This document shows, piece by piece, positions 23,886 through 36,486 of a DNA stretch of 37,903 nt. This DNA is from Tubiluchus corallicola (taxonomy: Eukaryota > Animalia > Priapulida). The stretch covers positions 1-37,903 of the forward strand of contig JAQGDQ010000220.1 of the NCBI GenBank assembly GCA_030141605.1, written 5' to 3'. The notes beneath the pieces were generated by a model, which saw only the letters and a program-made list of their open reading frames with translations, was not told where the DNA came from and ran no database searches. Each line of letters opens with the position of its first letter. The first letter of the stretch is position 1. Made by a program: the position numbers and the translations under genes.

Positions 23886-26349
23886 TTTAATTTCTCAGTC
23901 GCACTCCCAGAAATAAAGCAGAGATCTTCGACAACCTAACAGTGGAAACCTAGCTGCGCTTGAATTCGACAAGGTTTTTTTACCTATCTCACGCTTTAGT
24001 TAGTACTGACCTGACATCACTCAGTCAGTACGTCATTTATAGCAGTGGCAAAAAATTAGGTCGACATAAGTTCGAACCTTCTTGTGGTATTTAATTGACG
24101 TACACTCCATCACAAAACATTCTAAATACTACCTGCTTAAGTTATCACGAGGTAAATTTGCACATAATAATTTGCAACTCAAATTTTACAACATTCTAAT
24201 AAATTTATAATAATTAATTGTCATTTATATATGCGGTGCTTCATTATGCTAGTTCGCGGCTTTGGTAGGCCAGATCCGACCTTATTTTTGTTAAGAAGAA
24301 CTTTAGGCAAGAGGTAAAAAAATAGTTATTCGCTTGAGCTATAATTAAGTTTTAGATTTGCAACATAACAAACACAATGTTAATCACCCCCATCGAAAAG
24401 TATTCTATCACAATTATTCAAAAAGATCACGGAGTTAAAAATGTTCCACACAAGTTTCAATTTCACTTATTTTGTATGGTGGCCATTCTGATGCAACGTT
24501 TACTAGACAATAATGCAAAACTGCAAAAAAATATATTATTGATGGTCATCCATCCATTCACTAGCCCAACTTAATGTTAAATAACTTCGTTTATTAAGTA
24601 CACACTGTGACCACTGAACTACTTTTCCTAAAGCAACAAGAATTTTACAGACAAAAATTAAAACTTATTGCTTTTTAAAAAAAAGCTAGTGTTAGATGAA
24701 AGTAAATTAACTAATTTTGTAAAAAGTAACAAAACATAACAACAAATAGAATTTATCAGACTGGTTAACAATCGTAAGTAAACAATGATTTCTTTGCTTC
24801 TTGATTTTTATTGTTGTGGCACGCGTCGAGAAGTCATACAGCAGTATTAAATTATGGATCTTTGACGACTTAATTATTACTTCATTAACAGTAAGTTTTA
24901 TGCAAGTCGCTCCCAAACAAAGTCAGCAACACATTTAAAAAGCAGTCGAAACGCAGGCTTAGTGCTCACCACTTAACAACTGCCTCCGAGTAAGAGAATT
25001 ATCTTTAAATTAAATTTCTGCCTGTAGGTAGCGCAACAACCACAAAAGTACAGCAGACAACACGCCATGGCAGTCAACAAAGTTTATTCAAAGTAAAATG
25101 TTCTGCGTGTGAAGCAGAATTTAGTTTTCTAATTAGAACAGCTACCTTGTCACACGTTTATTTGAATTAAACCTATTATTAGCTTTTTAGTCTGTAAATT
25201 ATGGGTAAGTTTAAAACATTTTTGAACAGTTAACCATCACTATTATTATCTATCCATCGCGAAAAATATCGGTAAGCTTTAAAGTAGAAAAAAACTAATA
25301 CTTTCAATGATTTGTAGGTATGTTATTACTATATTTTTGCGTGGTTGGTTGCCCGATATTCCTTAATAACAGAATTATTGAATTTCCTTGTTTTTATCTA
25401 TGCTAATTAAGTAGTTTCCAAAATCTATTTTTACCCACAATCTGTGAGTAGGCCTACATGTATCAGGATCACGCTGATAGTAATCGATCAGAGCTATTTT
25501 AACAAATGACCTAAACTGGTGAGCTTTACAGTAATGATCATGCAGTCGCCTACAGTATGTCAGTGATAGCGGGTGCAACAATAATAAATGCACTGATGGA
25601 ATATCAATTTCAAAAATTTAAAGACAATTAAATTTGTGGGAAAAATTACTTTACATTTCTTCATATCTATCCATTGTTACAATTAATGTGTGGATTTTTC
25701 AAAGGGTGGGAGACGTTGGTATTAAACAACAATTATGTCATTTAAGAACTTTCTGTGTTTTAATGTTTAAAATTTAAGTTAGGTTTAATTATTTTTAATT
25801 CATCACTGTAGTTAGCAAATAAGCAAAGTTTTTTCAGTGTGTTCACCCACAGTTTAATATTAGCTGCATTCAGCAACCTGTTGAAAGTGGCCTAAAATTA
25901 CTGACTGTATGGTAGCGCCACTTCTCTGCAGGGGCTTCTCTTTGAAGTGAATGAAGCCCAGCCACTTAGCATTGAGTTGCATTCTCTTGGCAAAAGTAGC
26001 TCCTGTTATAATTGTTGCTCTTGCAAGTTTTGAACTGTGTTTCTAACTGTTTTATTGTTTCAAGATAAATGATAATATGCAAATTTGTGTTTCTGAATCT
26101 AAGCTACTGTTTGTTTTCAGGAAAAATTGTGCAGCACATTAATGGATATGTCTGTTCATTAGAATAATTGTGCGTGTGTGTACACGTGTTAAAACTAGTA
26201 AGATATACTTATTCTACTAATACTGAATATGCAATAGGAATATGTAACAACCAAATGTGCTTAGGATGGTATGTGTACGTGCCATTATTTGACGATGGTG
26301 GAGCGTTGATTGGTGCATTTATTAGTCATTGAATTTGTGTAAAATTGTT

Positions 26350-26700
26350 ATGGATACAGCCAGTATTGAGGACGGCGAGAACTTGCCTGGAAATGGGGAG
26401 GAGAAGCCTCGTTCCAGCATCGGAAGTATCGAGGAACCACCACGGTCGGATTCTTCCTCACCGGATGTGGATTCAGTTGTGGAACATACCGCGTGTTTGG
26501 CGAGTTCTGATAGATCTGATTCCCTGCCCACCTCTTCTAAGAGGAGTGCCTCCGGGCAAAAATATGACGATATGAAATTCTGGACAGGAAGGGGATCGAA
26601 ATCGGAGGAACCGCAGGAGGAGTGGACAAATGCAGAACCCATTCCCCGAAGTTTATACGGCCAACCTTTACAAGAAATTGATCCTCGTATTTTCGAAAAG
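26350..26700 (+). CDS. Probable first coding exon of a voltage-gated sodium channel alpha subunit (Nav2-like N-terminus)
   Basis: GC-richer 117-codon frame ending IPRSLYGQPLQEIDPRIFEK at a phase-0 AAG|GTAAGC donor. P..LYG.PL.EIDP resembles the Nav N-terminal motif that precedes TF(I/C)VV. Possible UTR acceptor at 26120. No further exon found in the window. Confidence 0.6.
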
Positions 26701-27021
26701 GTAAGCTTCTCGTTGCTGATATCATTATTGGAATATTTTTTCGATATGGTCATAACTCTTAACCATGCATTCTATTCATGTACATAGTTGCTTAGTTTAA
26801 AGCATTTGATTTAAAAAAAATTATGAAAAACCATATTTTAAATCGGATGACATACACTGCAAAATCATCTTTTTTGTTTAAATTAATTCATTATGAAGAG
26901 AAACTTGATAAAAAATAATCCTTGGTACAGAAAGCAAACTGCCCCACAAAATATGTGATTGTTTTTTACCAAGCCACTGCTGCAAGGCTTCTATTCAAAA
27001 GTCAAAAACTATAACAGCATA

Positions 27022-27201
27022 AATGTGTGCTAGGTTGCATAGTTTCTGATCTATGTGTGCTGGTTTGCATAGTTTCTGGTCTATGTGTGCTAGTTTGCAT
27101 AGTTTCTGAACTATGTGTGCTAGGTTGCATAGTTTGTGGTCTATGTGTGCTAGGTTGCATAGTTTCTGATGTATGTGTGCTAGTTTGTATAGTTTGTGGT
27201 C
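27022..27201. repeat. 30-bp minisatellite, 6 copies
   Basis: Unit ATGTGTGCTAG(G/T)TTGCATAGTTT(C/G)TG(A/G)TCT. Confidence 0.92.
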
Positions 27202-28322
27202 CTATCTTTTACATTTTTTAATCCTAGTTTGTGTCAAATGCTGTGATAACAAATTAAATATCAAGCATTGGTTTTCCTTTAGTCTGTCCAAGCGGTACTG
27301 CGCTATTTTGCACACAGAAAAATTATTTGTTTGAATTATTTTTAGAAATAGCCCCCCCTCCCCCGCCAAAAGCACTCAGGGGGTTAGGAACGGATGCTCA
27401 GCTGTGTATCTGTTTTGTAACTGACGTACTTATACTTCCATGTGCTTTCAGTACATTTTTGTTAATCAGATACGGAGATTTTACTGATTTGGAGATTAAT
27501 AATCATAAACCTACTTCGTTAGTAAAACTTTCTAATAATGTACACTGTGTAAAATACTCAGCAAGGTAAATGTTTAGCATGTACAGTATGGGAGATGAAA
27601 TTACCTATAAGTAGGTTTCCTTGTGATTGTTATATCACCCTTATTTGACCAAATTTGGCGTTGCTTAACTTCAGTCACTAAGCACAAGTCACCCCATTCT
27701 GTTGTTGTTATTGTTGTTGTTTCCCCGGGTTGGACGTCCATTGCAGTGCACAATTAGACATGGGGTGAAGGGTCAAGACTGTCATGGGCGACCCATCATG
27801 ATTTGAGGAGAAAGATTGAGCGTGGGGTGAAATAATACGACTGACCTATGTACAGTAGTAGTGTGCCTGCAGGCTTTCTTGCTGACTATGATGTAATTCA
27901 TAACTCCTAAGAGAAAGTCATAGCCATTTTAAATTTACAAAATGTCTGCTGAGTATCATTATCCACGCATCGCATAGTGAGTCTTGAAGGCGCTTTTTCT
28001 TCGTATTTCTGAAAATATTTTAACTATGAAAGGAGCCTTAGAAGTTTATGAAAAATGTGCCTAATGGAAGCCAGGCAAAGAAAAATTTTGTAACCCGCTA
28101 TATATGAATTTCTGGTTGTGGTCATTGTCCACTGGTTGGTTCACTCACTGGGGGATTAGAATTATTAATTTATATCTATACATTTTTGCTTTCAAGGTCA
28201 TGTCACTCTCTCTTCTGTAGTTCTATCAGTAGTAATAGGTTATTTAATTATCATAGTGGCAATCGAGGCGGGTTTTCGTATGCTAACTATAGCTGTCTTT
28301 TGTTTTGTGTGAGCGACGACTG

Positions 28323-29781
28323 AGACGCGTTTCCACTGCCTGCACAGACACCGACAGATATGCACAGACGGGCACAGGCACGCACAGACGGGCACAGACA
28401 CGCACAGACACCGACAGATATGCACAGGCGGGCACAGACACGGACAGACACGCACAGACGGGCGCAGGTACGCACAGACACGCACAGACTGGCACAGGCA
28501 TGCACAAACACGGACAGACAGCGCATAAACACGGACAGACACGCATAGACACGGACACAGACGCTTAGACACGGACAGACGCGCACAGACACGCATAAAC
28601 ACGGACAGACGCGCACAGACACGGACAGACACGCACAGACCCGGAAACACGCATAGATACGGACAGACGCGCACAGACACGGAAACACGCATAGACACGG
28701 AAACACACAGACAGGCATAGACACGGACACACACGCTTAGACGCGCACAGACACGGACACACACGCTTAGACGCGCACAGACACGGACACACACGCTTAG
28801 ACGCGCACAGACACGGACACACACGGACCTTTTTCTGTATGCTCCGTTTTTTGTGCGGACCGACAAGTTCTTTTTGTAATGAAGGAGATCACATCACACA
28901 CGCTATGCAAATTAGACCAGACTTGCATGACAAAGGGAATCTGAATATGTAGTCACATAGACTTTACAAGACAACTATGTGTCCAAGTAGCTTTTGAAGT
29001 TAATACTGATGGTAGAATATATACAGGTATCTGGTTTTTGTTGTTAACTTAACGTTTCTGGAAATTTATGCCTGATTTTTTTATTCTATTGCGCTTGCAT
29101 TTTTTTAAATTTGTAGTATATACTTTTACGCACGCTATTGCCACAGTATTTCAACTTTTTCCGGAAAATTCCCGAAAATGCTGTACAGCGGAGAAAATTA
29201 CCAGCTCCAATACATTGTTAGCTTGATAATAGAAGCCACCGTTTATTTGAAGTGAATACAGCAGCTATAGTCTTTTTAAATTCCACTAGAAAGCGCTGTA
29301 AATATTTCAATATATGGGCGTGTAATATCAAAAGATACTGTGGTAGGCTAGCAATAAGGAGAAAGAGTACAGTAGATATTTTAAATCTTCACATAAGATT
29401 TCATTGAAACTGCCATTGTTTGCTTTCCCACCAAGTGAAAAATAGTCAAGTTAAAGTCGACCAATACTTTGGTGCCAGCAGGAGAAACAAAGTAGAGAAA
29501 TGAGAGAGAATAAAATATTCAAGTATTGGGTATGCCCAAAAACTACGTTGTCGCCTCCTGTATCGCCTACTTCAGGTTACTTCCTGTTTTCTTTACACCA
29601 CAGCAAAATAAAATTTTTTTTCTTCCAGGAAGTCTTATGTCTAAAATTTCGTGCAAAAATTTTGGCGTACTTATGACGTGTTGTACCGAATGAGTGCGGT
29701 CCCAATGGGAACAACTTTCACAGACATAAAACGTGCGGGCAGAAATTGCCGCGTCTGTGCGGTCGCAGTGGAAACGCGCCC
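28323..29781. mobile_element. Possible PIF/Harbinger-like non-autonomous element, or two related ends
   Basis: Inverted ends GACGCGTTTCCACTGC..GCACAGAC / GTCTGTGC..GCAGTGGAAACGCGCCC; flanks TGA and TTA; TSD not clean. Confidence 0.45.
28342..28828. repeat. Cryptic GC-rich simple repeat (~10-bp GCACAGACAC/GGACAGACAC units)
   Basis: Directly visible; generates the spurious C/V/R-rich ORFs in the track. Confidence 0.93.
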
Positions 29782-30061
29782 TTAGAAACCCCGACCGCCT
29801 CGCGTTCACAACGCGGATGTATTAAATATTAACTGTTCGATTTAAACGCGTTAGCTGCTAGGTCTGCTACTGTTCAAATATTAGCAGACGCTTTGCACCT
29901 GCAGCTGTAGCCATTGTTAAAGTGTCAAATGAAATGTCTTCATCGATAAGCTAATTGAATTTCTTACTCGCACTAACCTAGCTTATTAGTTACACTGAAT
30001 ATTAATGGCTATACATACATATATATGATTCGTTGGTATGTTAACAAGTGGATAAAGTAAT

Positions 30062-30990
30062 AAGCTAGGTACTTTTCTACACCTAGACATTGATTGTATG
30101 ACTGTATAAAGCTAGGTACTTTTCTACACCTAGACATTGATTGTATGACTGTATAAAGCTAGGTACTTTTCTACACCTAGACATTGATTGTATGACTGTA
30201 TAAAGCTAGGTACTTTTCTACACCTAGACATTGATTGTATGACTGTATAAAGCTAGGTACTTTTCTACACCTAGACATTGATTGTATGACTGTATAAAGC
30301 TAGGTACTTTTCTACACCTAGACATTGATTGTGCAACTGTATAAAGCTAGGCACTTTTCTACACCTAGACATTGATTGTGCAACTGTATAAAGCTAGGTA
30401 CTTTTCTACACCTAGACATTGATTGTGCAACTGTATAAAGCTAGGCACTTTTCTACAGCTAGACATTGATTGTGCAACTGTATAAAGCTAGGCACTTTTC
30501 TACAGCTAGACATTGATTGTGCAACTGTATAAAGCTAGGTACTTTTCTACACCTAGACATTGATTGTGCAACTGTATAAAGCTAGGTACTTTTCTACTAC
30601 ACCTAGACATTGATTGTACAAGTGTATAAAGCTAGGTACTTTTCTACTACACCTAGACATTGATTGTACAAGTGTATAAAGCTAGGTACTTTTCTACACC
30701 TAGACATTGATTGTGCAACTGTATAAAGCTAGGTACTTTTCTACAGCTAGACATTGATTGTGCAACTGTATAAAGCTAGGTACTTTTCTACACCTAGACA
30801 TTGATTGTGCAACTGTATAAAGCTAGGTACTTTTCTACTACACCTAGACATTGATTGTACAAGTGTATAAAGCTAGGTACTTTTCTACACCTAGACATTG
30901 ATTGTGCAACTGTATAAAGCTAGGTACTTTTCTACACCTAGACATTGATTGTGCAACTGTACAAAGCTAGGCACTTTTCTACACCTAGAC
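30062..30990. repeat. 47-bp minisatellite, ~20 copies
   Basis: Unit AAGCTAGGTACTTTTCTACACCTAGACATTGATTGT(ATG/GCA)ACTGTATA; a few 50-bp variants. Confidence 0.97.
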
Positions 30991-31479
30991 AAATTATCGG
31001 CTCAGACCAAGAGTAAAACTTATAAGATCTGAGCCGAATAGGCGATATGGAATAAAGGGGTGCAGTAGGTGCGGTGCGGTGGGTGCGAATAAAGGGGTGC
31101 AGTAGGTGCAGGGGGTGCAGAATAAAAGAAGAAAATCATGAAAGTTTATGAATGTGTTTCTAAGCTTGTAAACGAATAGCTTCGAAAATTCAAATATTAC
31201 TTAAATTGCTGGCTTGACCTTACGAATCCTTTTCGACATCAAAAACCCGAGCTTGTCTCCTGTATCCATTTGTTAAGTCGGCTCCGATCTGTCAAAATAC
31301 GTAATCTTCAGCAAACATGGCATTTTGCACTTTGTCAAGTTTTACGCGTGAAATGACACAAGTAATAATGACTTTTTTCTGTATCAGTTGAAATTAGACC
31401 ATCAAACACTAGAGTTTCTTTACATCAGTTTGTTAATATGGAATTCAAAGCTTCAGTCTTGTTGCTGCTGTCATGCAGA

Positions 31480-32109
31480 TTTTGCACATTAGTACTTTGT
31501 AGTTGCTAGTTCGTGCAGCATACGTGTTTTGCACATTAGTACTTTGTAGTTGCTAGTTCGTGCAGCATACGTGTTTTGCACATTAGTACTTTGTAGTTGC
31601 TAGTTCGTGCAGCACGTGTTTTGCACATTAGTACTTTGTAGTTGCTAGTTCGTGCAGCACGTGTTTTGCACATTAGTACTTTGTAGTTGCTAGTTCATGC
31701 AGCACGTGTTTTGCACATTAGTACTTTGTAGTTGCTAGTTCGTGCAGCACGTGTTTTGCACATTAGTACTTTGTAGTTGCTAGTTCATGCAGCACGTGTT
31801 TTGCACATTAGTACTTTGTAGTTGCTAGTTCGTGCAGCACGTGTTTTGCACATTAGTACTTCGTAGTTGCTAGTTCATGCAGCACGTGTTTTGCACATTA
31901 GTACTTTGTAGTTGCTAGTTCATGCAGCATACGTGTTTTGCACATTAGTACTTTGTAGTTGCTAGTTCATGCAGCACGTGTTTTGCACATTAGTACTTCG
32001 TAGCTGCTAGTTCATGCAGCACGTGTTTTGCACATTAGTACTTCGTAGCTGCTAGTTCATGCAGCACGTGTTTTGCACATTAGTACTTCGTAGTTGCTAG
32101 TTCATGCAG
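31480..32109. repeat. 45-47-bp minisatellite, ~14 copies
   Basis: Unit TTTTGCACATTAGTACTTTGTAGTTGCTAGTTCRTGCAGCA(TA)CGTG. Confidence 0.97.
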
Positions 32110-32852
32110 TAAACGTGTTGGCAATTAGATGATTTTCTTCATTGGTCAAGAAGTGTTTGAGTGGCCATGCCAAAATTTGAAATGGCTAAACTTTAAATTT
32201 GGTAGTAGTTATAATAACGGGACAGGTGTCACCCGTTAGAAATGTAAGACTTCTTAATTTTGTGTGGGGCAGTTTTGACTGACCCATGTCCACGTATCTG
32301 GGCGGCACGTGCTCGGATTTATAACGTCCAAATATTTGTATGAGAATATTTTCTTGAACTGTGTAAAGGATGTCGGATGTTCTTAATTTAATACCAACTG
32401 CTGGATTTATAGAGCAGACAATGTTTACTGGTGCTGCCACCTGTCAGGCTTACTAAATTCTATGCCCTGTCATAAATCTTTTGTCGCCTGTTGGACTCTT
32501 GTGGCGAAAGTTTTCGTCCATTAACTAAATAAATTCTCTTCAGGAGGGTCATTTCGACAACCTACCAGTCAAAATGGCACTGGAATATTTTTAATGTTGA
32601 AAATCATGTTAGTTTGTGATGTCATCAATAATTGGGCTCGCCCACCGTTAAGAAGTTCTTAATTGATTATTTAATTATCAGAAATGCTTTTGCAGCATTA
32701 TTGGTGCTAAAATGTATAATTTTTAGTGTAAAAATCATCCTGTCTTCCTTTAACCTTTAAATAAGAAACTTTGAAATTACTGAAATGCTTTCACAAACAC
32801 TAAAGACATGGTGTTTCCAATAAGCAGCAAGAGGCATTGGTTTAACAGAAAC

Positions 32853-33163
32853 AACAAGAACTTTAATGTACGAAACTAAATACAGGGTGGCTCAGAAAAA
32901 CATTCCCTTAAATTAACTTGTAACCCTTCATCCAGGTAATGGCGTTTGTAAAAGAGACCCACCTCAATGTGTAAACCCGGTTATTGTGTAGCTCTGGAAA
33001 CCTATAACAAGTACTTTAATGTACGAAACTAAATACAGGGTGGCTCAGAAAAACATTCCCTTAAATTAACTTGTAACCCTTCATCCAGGTAATGGCGTTT
33101 GTAAAAGAGACCCACCTCAATGTGTAAACCCGGTTATTGTGTAGCTCTGAAAACCTATAACAA
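32853..33163. repeat. Two-copy tandem duplication, 153-bp period
   Basis: CTTTAATGTACGAAACTAAATACAGGG... at 32861 and 33014. Confidence 0.92.
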
Positions 33164-33210
33164 AACGAAAAAACCCAAATGCAGAAAGTGGATGAAAAAT
33201 GTCTGCTTAC

Positions 33211-33278
33211 CTTTCTGTAACAACAGTAGTCGTGTTAGCAGCAGCTATTGGTTGATTTGTCATCACAACTGTACTGTC
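33211..33278 (-). CDS. Pro/Tyr-rich PPxY protein, coding exon 2
   Basis: ttttttatctgtgtag acceptor and GTAAGC donor; 68 nt DSTVVMTNQPIAAANTTTVVTE(R), in phase with exon 1. Confidence 0.7.
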
Positions 33279-33640
33279 CTACACAGATAAAAAACAAAAT
33301 TTGTAAAATTGAATTCAAATCATAATTACGCGCGTTTCTGTAACTCATGCAACTTACGCCTTTTAAATCAAACATCTTATTTTTGCAATAAACATCTTAA
33401 AGCGTGAATGTACACTTCTCAGTCAAAGTAGAAAGCCAGAATCAGAATCACAAACAAAATCGTTCAGGCAAGTATTAAACTGCCACTCACCCATCCATTC
33501 ACTGACAACCCACTGTGTTGCTCATCTGCGGTCAAGGACCACACGGCATGAGAGTTTGGATAGATATTAATTCTGATTGCAGTAATGCTAGCAGCAACAT
33601 TTAAACCTCACACAAGTTCAATAACTTGATCAGAACCTAC

Positions 33641-33913
33641 CCCAGGCATAGCTTGTGCAGCATACATGGCTGTTCCCTGTACTGGATACACTCCCGCATG
33701 CGGTTCAACTCCAGCTGCAGGAACATATGTAGCTGCAGGGGGTGGGTAACCTTGTTGTGGGGGAGGTGGATACATCGGTTGTCCAACCGGTGGGTAACCT
33801 GCGTGACCGGTCGGCGGATAGCCCGGTTGCATGCTCGCAGAGGCAGGATAGCCAGTAACCTGGTCATAACTTGGGGGTGCATCAAACGGAGGGGCATTTG
33901 CTTTCTCCGCCAT
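33641..33913 (-). CDS. Pro/Tyr-rich PPxY protein, coding exon 1 (N-terminus like CYSTM/LITAF/PLAC8/dispanin proteins; family unresolved)
   Basis: Acceptor ttacttttag 7 nt before gtcATGG; MAEKANAPPFDAPPSYDQV with GYPP repeats; 91 codons to a GGG|GTAGGT donor. C-terminal exons not identified. Confidence 0.8.
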
Positions 33914-34492
33914 GACTAGACTAAAAGTAAAACAATCATGATACAGTAAATTTTGTATTCAAAACACACCGCTAATATATTGACATTACACAAGCCAATG
34001 TCTGTTCATGATAACAGTAAAACTACCACGAAAGAACATTGGAAACATTAAAGCAAAACATGGACAAGGTGAAATCGTCTGTCTAAACAGTGTCCAGTAA
34101 TAAAGTCACAGGAAAAAAGTCACATTTTGACTAGGGTTAGGATCAGGGTTAGGGTTATTTTTTCCTGTTGTTTTTTCTTTGTGATTTTTTTCTTCTTTTG
34201 ACTTTTCCCAGAGCTCTTACCTGGGAATTACCCGTGGATTCATCTCAGCAATTATAATTATTCTTAACTAAAGACGACTATGGTAATATTATTACTAGCC
34301 GTGGTAGTTTTAGCAATAATAATTATAATTCACAATTAATTAATCAGTGTGAAATACAAAATATAAAATACACACGTATGTACAGCTTCGACACACACAT
34401 CTTAACATACAGATTTTAAAATAATAAAATTCATTCTATGTATGCCTACTTTCATTCTAAAAATTAAGGTTGCCATGAAAATTTGAGCTTTA

Positions 34493-34952
34493 CAGTGTTC
34501 CCTCACTTATCGTGGGTTTTCCGTTCCAGGCCCACCCGGGATAAGTGAATTTCCGCGAAGTAGGGACGCTATACTTATTTTAGTAGTTATACATTATTTT
34601 AAGTCTTTATAAACCCTCCCCACACTCTTATACATAACCCTTTCGCGCATCTGAAGCGGGCGCAAGTACTACATTTCGTTTTTGGTGTGTATCCATCCGC
34701 CGAATAAATACACTATTTACTGTAAATGGTAATTTTTTATCATTTAAAATATTCTTTTAATGTTAGAATTAATATTTTTAATATATTTTTATACATTTTG
34801 TGATTTTTTTATGCAAAATCCATCAAATCTATACATTACTGTACAATACGTACTACGCATGTGCAAAAATACTTTAGACGGAGTACCGCAAAAACCCGCG
34901 AAACGGCAAAAATACCGCGATAAACGAACCGCGAAATAACGAGGGAACATTG
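34493..34952. mobile_element. pogo/Tigger-like MITE
   Basis: TA|CAGTGTTCCCTCACTTATCGTGG ... CCGCGAAATAACGAGGGAACATTG|CA; imperfect TIRs and subterminal CCGCGA repeats. Confidence 0.75.
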
Positions 34953-36135
34953 CACCATGTGATCCTTAATGTAATTGACGTCAAACATATTGCTCTATCG
35001 CTCCGCCCCCGCTGCAACGTAAGCATGCTAAGCAGCTAGCAACAAGTAAGTTCAACTAAACAACATAACAGTCACAACTAATGTCTAATCAGCAGATAAA
35101 CTGATTGCTCTTTTTCATAAACACAAATTTGCGGAGCAGCACTTATTTTTCAATGAAATTAACACTTCAAGTAGCCAAAAATGACTTTTCAATTTAAACA
35201 GAATATAGAGACGAAGTTTCAAAGCACTACAAAATACAGTGACATAAGTATAATAAAGAAACTAAGCCAATTGGCCTTGCTTTACAATAAATGAATTACA
35301 AAAATATTAAGTCTCTCTTGCCTTTAAACATTCGAACATCAAGCCTGCGATGTATTTTTTTATATTAATTAATCATGTGCTCGTCTGCAAGATTTATTAA
35401 GTTTTTGTATTTTTCCGTTTGTCAGGCTACGGAAATGAAATAAATTTGACTGTTCCATTCCATAGACGACTCTTATATTGAATGTCTGAGTTACATAAGT
35501 CCCAATGGTATCTTTTAACCATGATTACAACCGGAAAAGTAGCGTAAAATTACCTAATATTACATTGATATACAATATAAGTTTTGACCACATTTGAACT
35601 TTTGATTGTGAAGATCTCGTTGAGGTTTATAAAAACTGGCCAGAAAAGAAAACATTTTGTTTTGCCCTTATTTAAAGTTAATTAAATAGTTGTTTTTATC
35701 TAACTTGCAAAGCCATAGATAGACTAAAGTAAATTGTGTATTTTCTTGATTGCAAAATGGTTTAATCAGCAACTCATAGACGTAAGCCTTGTGCATTTCT
35801 TCCTATAAACAAAACAAGACTATATATTTCCAATAATTCACTTGCAATTTCAGTTGACGATATTAAAATCTAGAACCAAGCCAATATTTCTCCCGCTTAC
35901 TAATGAAAAGTTGAGCATTTTTCACAACAGTGTTAAACGGAGCTGTAGCTAAACGTCCCGAATGTACCCGCTGCAGGGGTGCGTGAAATAACTTGCACGC
36001 TGATTGGACAGTCAAGGAAAATGATTAACATTATGTTAGACGTTGACTAATTAATCATCTTAAGTGCATGCCATCAGTTATGCCTTGCAAAATTAACTGT
36101 CAAACAATGCTTTGAATCCATTAAACAATAACATT

Positions 36136-36409
36136 GACCAGAGGGTTTAGTCTAGTGGCAACGCGCCCGCTTTCCATCTGGGAGGTCGTGAGTTTGATAC
36201 AGCAGCCGGGTCATACCAGACTTTATAAAAATGGTACCTGCAATTACCCTGTCAGGGGCATGATATTTACGGTAAAAGTGGGGTAATAATAGTCTTTGTT
36301 ATGTACTTCTAAGTTGTTATTTACAAGTGACGATAATTAATAGCTGTTTCACCTAATGTTAATTGTTCGTCCAAAAACCGAGTTTAAATAAATATTATTA
36401 TTATTATTA
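36136..36409 (+). mobile_element. tRNA-derived SINE (MetaSINE-like), copy 2
   Basis: Colinear with the reverse complement of 403-693, more diverged, (TAT)n tail. Confidence 0.85.
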
Positions 36410-36486
36410 AGGGTTGGTGCATTGACAATGCGGTTAAGCTAACTATTCCATAAACAAACTGTACAATTACTATAGTTACAGTAACA

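Noticed and set aside
27452-27569. TFLLI... as the next Nav exon
   Set aside because: Wrong phase relative to the phase-0 donor at 26700, and no IYRFS-like motif follows.
28240-28866. Cys/Val/Arg-rich ORFs in several frames
   Set aside because: Products of a stop-poor simple repeat, open on both strands.
28889-28940. Minus-strand (R)FPLSCKSGLICIACVM* as the last exon of the PPxY gene
   Set aside because: Phase fits, but the acceptor is weak, it lies inside a probable transposon interval, and it matches no family I recognise.
30062-32109. CRISPR-like appearance of the regular arrays (also 14563-15322 and 16381-17052)
   Set aside because: Units are head-to-tail with no unique spacers, there are no cas genes, and the context is eukaryotic.
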